This document shows positions 54,430 through 60,035 of a DNA stretch of 60,035 nt, in pieces. Position 1 is the stretch's first letter; every line of letters begins with the position of its first letter. The notes below the pieces were generated by a model. The model made no database searches. It saw only the letters and a list, made by a program, of their open reading frames with translations, and had not been told where the DNA came from. The stretch is from Actinomycetota bacterium (GTDB lineage Bacteria; Actinomycetota; Actinomycetes; Actinomycetales; Microbacteriaceae), in contig JBEGTF010000004.1 of NCBI GenBank assembly GCA_041179545.1, forward strand, positions 1 to 60,035, in the 5' to 3' direction. The translations under genes and the position numbers were made by a program.

Positions 54430-54439
54430 AGCCTAGGCT
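54430..54439. promoter_or_regulatory. Palindromic bidirectional -10 element (AGCCTAGGCT) between eamA and msrA
   Basis: Perfect palindrome giving TAGGCT on both strands; 6 nt before the msrA ATG. Confidence 0.6.
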
Positions 54440-54445
54440 AGTTAA

Positions 54446-54970
54446 ATGATGAGTTTTTTCCTAGCCGGAGGCTGCTTCTGGTGCCTCGATAGTTCTTACA
54501 TGCAGTTCAAGGGCGTCACAGATGTTGTAGTGGGTTACATGGGCGGACATCTTGATAATCCCGGTTACGAAGCGGTCTGTGGCGGAAACACGGGCCATGC
54601 TGAAATAGCAGAGGTTATTTTTGACGAGGATGTTATTCCAGCTGAAATCATCTTGGATATCTTTTTCACTTTGCACGACCCTACACAATTGAACCGCCAG
54701 GGAAATGACATTGGTACCCAGTACCGTTCAGCCATGTTCTACACCGATGAAAGTCAACGCGAAGTTTTTGCCGCTGCAATTGAAAGGGCCAAGGCAACCT
54801 GGGGCGATGGGATTGTCACCGAACTGAACCCAGCCAGCGAATTTTGGGTGGGCGAGGAATATCACCAAGATTTCTTCGCAAAGAACCCAAATCAGGGTTA
54901 TTGCAATGCTGTTGTAGCACCAAAAATGCTCAAAACTCGTAAAGCATTTTTGAATTACATTCGCGAATAA
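54446..54970 (+). CDS. msrA: Peptide-methionine (S)-S-oxide reductase
   Basis: GGCFWC, TGHAE, HDPTQLNRQGNDIGTQYRS and EEYHQ motifs. Confidence 0.97.
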   Translation: MMSFFLAGGCFWCLDSSYMQFKGVTDVVVGYMGGHLDNPGYEAVCGGNTGHAEIAEVIFDEDVIPAEIILDIFFTLHDPTQLNRQGNDIGTQYRSAMFYTDESQREVFAAAIERAKATWGDGIVTELNPASEFWVGEEYHQDFFAKNPNQGYCNAVVAPKMLKTRKAFLNYIRE

Positions 54971-54986
54971 TAAAACCACCGGCAGG

Positions 54987-54996
54987 TTATCCACAG
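54987..54996 (+). promoter_or_regulatory. Perfect DnaA-box sequence TTATCCACA(G) upstream of ssb
   Basis: Intergenic; weak -10 CAAACT at 55034-55039 predicts a start near 55046, 59 nt from the box start. Confidence 0.6.
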
Positions 54997-55086
54997 ATTT
55001 TTCACTAGGCACCAAAGTTTTGACTTTGCTAGCCAAACTCGAAAGACGTCACACTCCGTGGCTTCAAGTTTCGAGAAGGGCACAAA

Positions 55087-55524
55087 TTGTCAGAAACACT
55101 ATCGGTCACCGGGTTGGTGGCCACAACTCCGCGACACCTTGTTACTCAAGACGGCCTTCCAATCACTTCGTTTCGATTGGCATCTTCGCAGCGCCGCTTT
55201 GATAGAAATCAAAATAAATGGATTGATGGAGAAACAAATTGGTTCACCGTCACCGCATTTCGCCAGTTAGCTATTAACTCGGCCGGCTCAATCAATAAGG
55301 GTGATCGACTCGTCGTTGCTGGAAAACTCCGAGTCAGAGATTGGGACAATGGTGAACGTGCAGGCACCTCGGTAGAAGTCGAGGCTGATTCGCTAGGGCA
55401 CGACATGACTTGGGGGAGCTCTGTTTTCACCCGCACTGTTTTAGTACGTGAAACCGAGCCAGATCCAGAATCGGAACCCGATGAACTGCCGGACCTGGAG
55501 CCGGTCCTGGCTAAAAAGAAATAG
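55087..55524 (+). CDS. ssb: Single-stranded DNA-binding protein (secondary SSB paralog)
   Basis: SFRLASSQRRFD, TNWFTVTAFRQLA and KGDRLVVAGKL; lacks the DDxPF C-terminal tip; SD GAAGGG and TTG start. Confidence 0.93.
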   Translation: MSETLSVTGLVATTPRHLVTQDGLPITSFRLASSQRRFDRNQNKWIDGETNWFTVTAFRQLAINSAGSINKGDRLVVAGKLRVRDWDNGERAGTSVEVEADSLGHDMTWGSSVFTRTVLVRETEPDPESEPDELPDLEPVLAKKK

Positions 55525-55748
55525 TTTCCTAAACTGCTGGGCTGCCTACCGTCCCCTCGTTGTTGGTGGCCCAGCGCTACACCTCTTCACGGAGGTCAGG
55601 CACCCTCTGCGCAAGGCTTGCATTTACTGGCCCAATATGTGGCCAAATTGGTCGGGTAAACTGATACCCAAAGCAAGCCAAGCGTTGGAGGGTGCCATTC
55701 TCACGCTTTCGAGGCTGCTGCTTTAAATATCGAAAGTGATTCTTCTTC

Positions 55749-57431
55749 ATGGCTGAATTCATCTATCAGATGATCAAAGCGCGTAAGGCGCATGGCGACA
55801 AGGTAATTCTTGACGACGTAACTTTGGCATTTATCCCAGGCGCAAAAATCGGTGTTGTTGGGCCTAATGGTGCTGGAAAATCAACCGTCTTGAAGATTAT
55901 GGCTGGGCTAGATACTCCATCTAACGGTGAAGCGCGACTTGGTCCTGAGTACACCGTTGGTATCTTGATGCAGGAGCCTCCGCTAGACGAATCGCTAACC
56001 GTCCTTGGAAATGTGGAGCTGGCAGTCAAAGAGACAAAGGCGAAGCTTGATCGCTTCAATGAGATTTCCGCGTTGATGTCTGAACCTGATGCCGATTTCG
56101 ACACACTGTTGGCAGAGATGGGAACGCTGCAGGAGCAAATTGATCACCTTGATGCCTGGGATCTGGATTCGCAGCTGGAGCAAGCAATGGACGCCTTGCG
56201 CTGCCCACCAAGCGATTCCCCGGTAACCGCTCTCTCGGGTGGTGAGCGCCGCCGCGTAGCACTCTGTAAGTTGCTGCTAGAAAAGCCAGACTTGCTGCTT
56301 CTCGATGAGCCAACCAACCACCTTGATGCTGAATCTGTGTTGTGGCTAGAGCAGCACCTCGCGAAATATCCGGGTGCGGTGCTTGCCGTAACTCACGACC
56401 GTTACTTCTTGGATAACGTCGCTGAATGGATTCTTGAGCTTGATCGTGGTCGCGCTTATCCTTACGAAGGAAACTATTCAACCTATCTAGAGAAAAAGCG
56501 CGAGCGCTTAGAGGTTGCCGGCAAGAAGGATGCAAAACTTGCCAAGCGTTTGAGCGAGGAACTTGACTGGGTTCGTTCATCGTCAAAGGCTCGCCAGACC
56601 AAATCAAAGGCACGTTTGGCTCGCTATGAAGAGATGGCAGCCGAGGCGGACCGCACAAGAAAATTGGACTTTGAAGAAATTCAAATTCCAATGGGTCCAC
56701 GATTGGGCGACATTGTCATCGAAGCTAAAAATATTCAGAAGGGCTTTGATGGTCGTTCGCTAATTAGCGATCTATCTTTCAGTCTCCCGCGTAACGGCAT
56801 CGTTGGCGTTATTGGTCCGAACGGTGTTGGTAAATCAACACTGTTCAAGACAATCGTTGGACTCGAGAAGCTCGATGGTGGCGAACTAAAAATTGGTGAG
56901 ACTGTGAAGATCTCATATGTAGACCAATCTCGCGGAGGAATTGATCCGGACAAGTCGCTCTGGGAAGTAGTTTCTGGTGGATTGGACTTTATCCAAGTCG
57001 GAAACCAGGAGATGCCTTCACGTGCCTATGTTGCGGCCTTTGGGTTCAAAGGCCCAGATCAACAGAAACTAGCTGGCGTTCTCTCAGGTGGTGAGCGAAA
57101 TCGCTTGAACCTGGCGTTGACTCTTAAAGAAGGTGGCAACCTGTTGCTACTTGACGAGCCAACAAACGACCTTGATGTTGAAACCCTAGGTTCGCTTGAG
57201 AATGCTTTGCTTGAGTTCCCTGGTTGCGCGGTAGTTATTACGCACGACCGCTGGTTCCTTGATCGTGTTGCCTCACACATTTTGGCTTACGAAGGAAGCG
57301 ACGACAACCCAGACAACTGGTACTGGTTCGAAGGAAACTTTGAGGCATATGAAGAAAACAAGATTGCTCGACTTGGGCCAGATGCCGCAAAACCACATCG
57401 TTCCACATACCGTCGCCTGACTCGCGACTAA
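55749..57431 (+). CDS. ettA: Energy-dependent translational throttle protein EttA
   Basis: Two ABC cassettes (GPNGAGKST, GPNGVGKST), MAEFIY start, LEQAMDALRCP and WFEGNF motifs. Confidence 0.97.
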   Translation: MAEFIYQMIKARKAHGDKVILDDVTLAFIPGAKIGVVGPNGAGKSTVLKIMAGLDTPSNGEARLGPEYTVGILMQEPPLDESLTVLGNVELAVKETKAKLDRFNEISALMSEPDADFDTLLAEMGTLQEQIDHLDAWDLDSQLEQAMDALRCPPSDSPVTALSGGERRRVALCKLLLEKPDLLLLDEPTNHLDAESVLWLEQHLAKYPGAVLAVTHDRYFLDNVAEWILELDRGRAYPYEGNYSTYLEKKRERLEVAGKKDAKLAKRLSEELDWVRSSSKARQTKSKARLARYEEMAAEADRTRKLDFEEIQIPMGPRLGDIVIEAKNIQKGFDGRSLISDLSFSLPRNGIVGVIGPNGVGKSTLFKTIVGLEKLDGGELKIGETVKISYVDQSRGGIDPDKSLWEVVSGGLDFIQVGNQEMPSRAYVAAFGFKGPDQQKLAGVLSGGERNRLNLALTLKEGGNLLLLDEPTNDLDVETLGSLENALLEFPGCAVVITHDRWFLDRVASHILAYEGSDDNPDNWYWFEGNFEAYEENKIARLGPDAAKPHRSTYRRLTRD

Positions 57432-57435
57432 GAAT

Positions 57436-57467
57436 TAAAAAACCCACTCAAGCGAGTGGGTTTTTTA
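57436..57467. terminator. Bidirectional terminator after ettA
   Basis: TAAAAAACCCACTC-AAGC-GAGTGGGTTTTTTA. Confidence 0.9.
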
Positions 57468-57494
57468 TTTGTCCTTGGACAGATGACTAATTGC

Positions 57495-58847
57495 TTAGGC
57501 AACTAATTCCTTAATTGCCTCTTCAAAAACCTCATTGTGTTTTTCCACGTCGGCAAGTGTTGTGGTTGGACACATCAAAGCCATGTTGTGGAACGGCGTA
57601 AGCATGATGCCTCGGTTGGCAAGATAAACGTGAAGGTAATCTTCAAGCTCGCCATCGGCGGCGTGGAACGCATCGGTGCCGTTTTTAGGATATGGCTTTG
57701 CGAAGCGATACTCAGCGCGCGCACCAAGCTGGTTAATTGACCAAGGGAGATTGTATTTCTCAAACAGTTCATTAGCGCCGTCAGTAAATACGGTGGCTAG
57801 GTCGATCATGTATTTGAAGTTATCTTCAGTCAAAATCTTCTCCAGCGTTGCACGCATAGCTGCAACCTGAAGCGGGTTTCCAGCTAGTGTTCCACCAACT
57901 CCACCCATATCGACAAGGTCAAGATCAGTCCGGCTAAGAATTTTCTCAGCAAGGTGTGCGCTTAGACCATAGGTACCTGTTGGAATTCCGCCAGCGATTG
58001 CCTTTCCGATTACGAAAACATCAGGCTCAAGTTGATCACGTTTTGTCATGCCTCCATAACCGGCAGAAAAGGTGTGGGTCTCGTCGATGATCAGCAGTGC
58101 GTCATATTTTCGAGTTAATTCTCGAACTCCCTTTAGGTAGCCTGGCTCTGGAAGAACGATTCCGATGTTGGTCAGTGCTGGCTCCATAAGTACTGCTGCG
58201 ACATCGCCATTTTTCAATTGGCGCTCAAGCCCGGCAAGGTCATTGAACTCAGCTACGCGTGAGGTTTCGGTTACATCAACCGGGGAGCCAACATTTCCTG
58301 GGCGGCTCATTCCTTCGCCGTCTGGACCTACAACAATCAACGCTTCATCAACCGAACCGTGATAGCAGTAGGCGTTGAAAAGAATCTTTGGCTTACCCGT
58401 AATTGCTCGAACCAATCGGATTGCCCAACGGTTGGCATCGGTTGCCGTGAGAGAAAAACTCCACTTGGCCATGCCGAAACGCTCGGTCAGGTTTTTCGCA
58501 ACCCATTCAGCGTCTTCGGTTGGCAACATTGTGGTCAAACCGCCCAGGTCTTTTACCTGGTGAGTAATTGCCTCAACTAGTGCAGGTGCAGAGTGCCCTG
58601 CCATCGCTCCGGTGTCCCCAAGTGCGAAATCAATATATTCGTTGCCATCGATGTCCCAGATTCGATTACCGAGAGCTCGGTCTAGATAGATGGGGAAGCC
58701 GCCGGCCTTTTTGTTCATCCAGGTCATCGGCACTTTGCCAAACAGATGGTCGGCTTTTTCGAAGGCTGCTCTGGATTTAGGGTTTCGCGAAAGGAATGTT
58801 GCCTGTTCGCGCTCGTTCAAGATAGCAAGTTTTTCTCTGTTGATCAT
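57495..58847 (-). CDS. Class III aminotransferase (GSA-aminomutase-like, substrate unknown)
   Basis: DIDGNEYIDF, LGDTGAMAGH, YHGS, MEPALTN, IIDETH, GKAIAGG and GGTLAGN motifs. Confidence 0.9.
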   Translation of the reverse strand: MINREKLAILNEREQATFLSRNPKSRAAFEKADHLFGKVPMTWMNKKAGGFPIYLDRALGNRIWDIDGNEYIDFALGDTGAMAGHSAPALVEAITHQVKDLGGLTTMLPTEDAEWVAKNLTERFGMAKWSFSLTATDANRWAIRLVRAITGKPKILFNAYCYHGSVDEALIVVGPDGEGMSRPGNVGSPVDVTETSRVAEFNDLAGLERQLKNGDVAAVLMEPALTNIGIVLPEPGYLKGVRELTRKYDALLIIDETHTFSAGYGGMTKRDQLEPDVFVIGKAIAGGIPTGTYGLSAHLAEKILSRTDLDLVDMGGVGGTLAGNPLQVAAMRATLEKILTEDNFKYMIDLATVFTDGANELFEKYNLPWSINQLGARAEYRFAKPYPKNGTDAFHAADGELEDYLHVYLANRGIMLTPFHNMALMCPTTTLADVEKHNEVFEEAIKELVA

Positions 58848-58851
58848 TTTT

Positions 58852-59742
58852 CTATCCTGCCAGTTCTGGAATGCGAACCATGCCCTCTTGGGCCACGGTC
58901 GCCAAGAGTTCACCTCGGCTACTAAAGATGCGCCCTAGCGCAAGGCCCCTGCCTCCCTGAGCGCTGGGGGATTCCTGAACATAAAGCATCCATTGATCTA
59001 CGCGCGCTGGACGATGAAACCACATTGCGTGATCGAGGCTTGCCGATTTCAAACCTGGGTGAGACCAGGCGATCCCATGACGTCTATAGATACTTTCCAA
59101 AATTGAATAGTCACTGGCGTAGGCAAGAGCAGCCGTGTGAAGTTCCTGTGAGTCAGGTAGATCGCCAAGTGAACGAAGCCAGACCGCCTGGTGAGCTACG
59201 GGTTCGCCTTCGACTTTGAAATAAATTGGCGATGGCACGTGCCGCATATCGAATGGTCTAGCCTTCGACCAATACTGCGCAACCGGATGTGGGTTATCTC
59301 CCATCATGTCGGCGGCGCTAGGTAAAGTTTCCGGATCGGGGATGTCTATCGGGAATTCGTCTTGGTGTTCTAATCCAGGGTCATGCTCTTGAAATGACGC
59401 AATCATCGAGAAAATCGCTTCATCTTTTTGAAAAGCTTGAACTCTTCGTGTGCTAAATGAACGCCCGTCGCGAAGTCGATCGACCGAAAAAGTTATTGGC
59501 AAATCTATGTCGCCCGGCCTAAGAAAATATCCGTGCAGTGAATGCACTTCACGATTTTCTATAGTTCTTGTAGCAGCAACCAGGCTTTGAGCAAGAACTT
59601 GGCCGCCAAATACTCGCCCGTGAGGCATCCACTGACTTGGGCCCTCGAACTGGTCCTCGTTTGAGTCTGGCGGCTCGATTTTTTTCAGGTCCAGAGTGCT
59701 GATCATCTCAGCCAGGGGATTTGCAGGAATCTTTGGATTCAA
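58852..59742 (-). CDS. tesB: Acyl-CoA thioesterase II (start uncertain)
   Basis: RVFGGQVLAQ, HSLHGYFLRPG, RDGRSFSTRRV, SLDHAMWFH and TVAQEG motifs. Confidence 0.95.
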   Translation of the reverse strand: MNPKIPANPLAEMISTLDLKKIEPPDSNEDQFEGPSQWMPHGRVFGGQVLAQSLVAATRTIENREVHSLHGYFLRPGDIDLPITFSVDRLRDGRSFSTRRVQAFQKDEAIFSMIASFQEHDPGLEHQDEFPIDIPDPETLPSAADMMGDNPHPVAQYWSKARPFDMRHVPSPIYFKVEGEPVAHQAVWLRSLGDLPDSQELHTAALAYASDYSILESIYRRHGIAWSHPGLKSASLDHAMWFHRPARVDQWMLYVQESPSAQGGRGLALGRIFSSRGELLATVAQEGMVRIPELAG

Positions 59743-59799
59743 GATTTTGCTCAATTCTTTCGGGCAACATTGCCATTCACAGGCTAGTTTAGACAAGTC

Positions 59800-60035
59800 A
59801 TGATTAACCCTTTCTCTCTAGCCGACGAGCACACTGCAGTCGATTTGCAGGCCTACTTGTCGAGAGCTAAACGCCTCGACCCGGATGGGCTAGTGAGATT
59901 GCGTGCATTCGGCAACGTGTTAGCCGCTTACGTGGCTCCTATCTATTCTGGAAACTTGATGGATTCGGGTCCTACGGTTCTTGGGCTTAGAACATGCGAA
60001 TTGGCAGAACCGGCCGAAATTGATATCTTGGTGCC
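59800..60035 (+). CDS. Hypothetical protein, partial (runs off the window end)
   Basis: Open frame from ATG 59800: MINPFSLADEHTAVDLQAYLSRAKRLDPDGLVRLRAFGNVLAAYVAP...GPTVLGLRT. Confidence 0.75.
   Translation, partial: MINPFSLADEHTAVDLQAYLSRAKRLDPDGLVRLRAFGNVLAAYVAPIYSGNLMDSGPTVLGLRTCELAEPAEIDILV

Noticed and set aside
54987-54995. Replication origin suggested by the perfect DnaA box
   Set aside because: A single box with no cluster, no AT-rich unwinding element and no dnaA/dnaN nearby.
56056-56700. 214-aa antisense ORF in ettA and the many other short antisense or alternate-frame ORFs
   Set aside because: They lie inside well-supported genes and have no recognisable motifs; treated as shadow ORFs.

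Overview
A core-chromosome segment of a roughly 50% GC (by eye), streamlined actinobacterium; gene content and order point to a freshwater Microbacteriaceae of the Rhodoluna/Aquiluna type (inference). It runs from the end of an rRNA operon through trmD-rplS-lepB-rnhB-yraN-comM-dprA-xerC, rpsB-tsf-pyrH-frr-cdsA, several DivIVA/coiled-coil genes, glgXEB, iscS-mnmA-ligA, gatCAB, tRNA-His, orn, an RND pump, tRNA-Arg, argG, aldR/ald, a decarboxylase-aguB-aguA operon, msrA, ssb, ettA and tesB. I saw no CRISPR array, prophage or IS element. Most notable: (1) a DnaA-box-like motif TT(A/T)TCCAC(A/C)G sits 59 nt upstream of the predicted start site of three DNA-uptake/recombination-type units (yraN-comM-dprA, an M23 peptidase, an ssb paralog), each with a weak -10, suggesting an undescribed competence-like regulon; (2) a group II PLP decarboxylase heads an aguB-aguA operon, a candidate unusual arginine decarboxylase; (3) a kissing-loop RNA leader precedes rplS; (4) leaderless promoters are common and several are built from the upstream gene's stop codon; (5) there are four deletion-like junctions (5S rRNA, upstream of trmD, rpsB, SnoaL/SDR), most likely assembly or gap-collapse artefacts.
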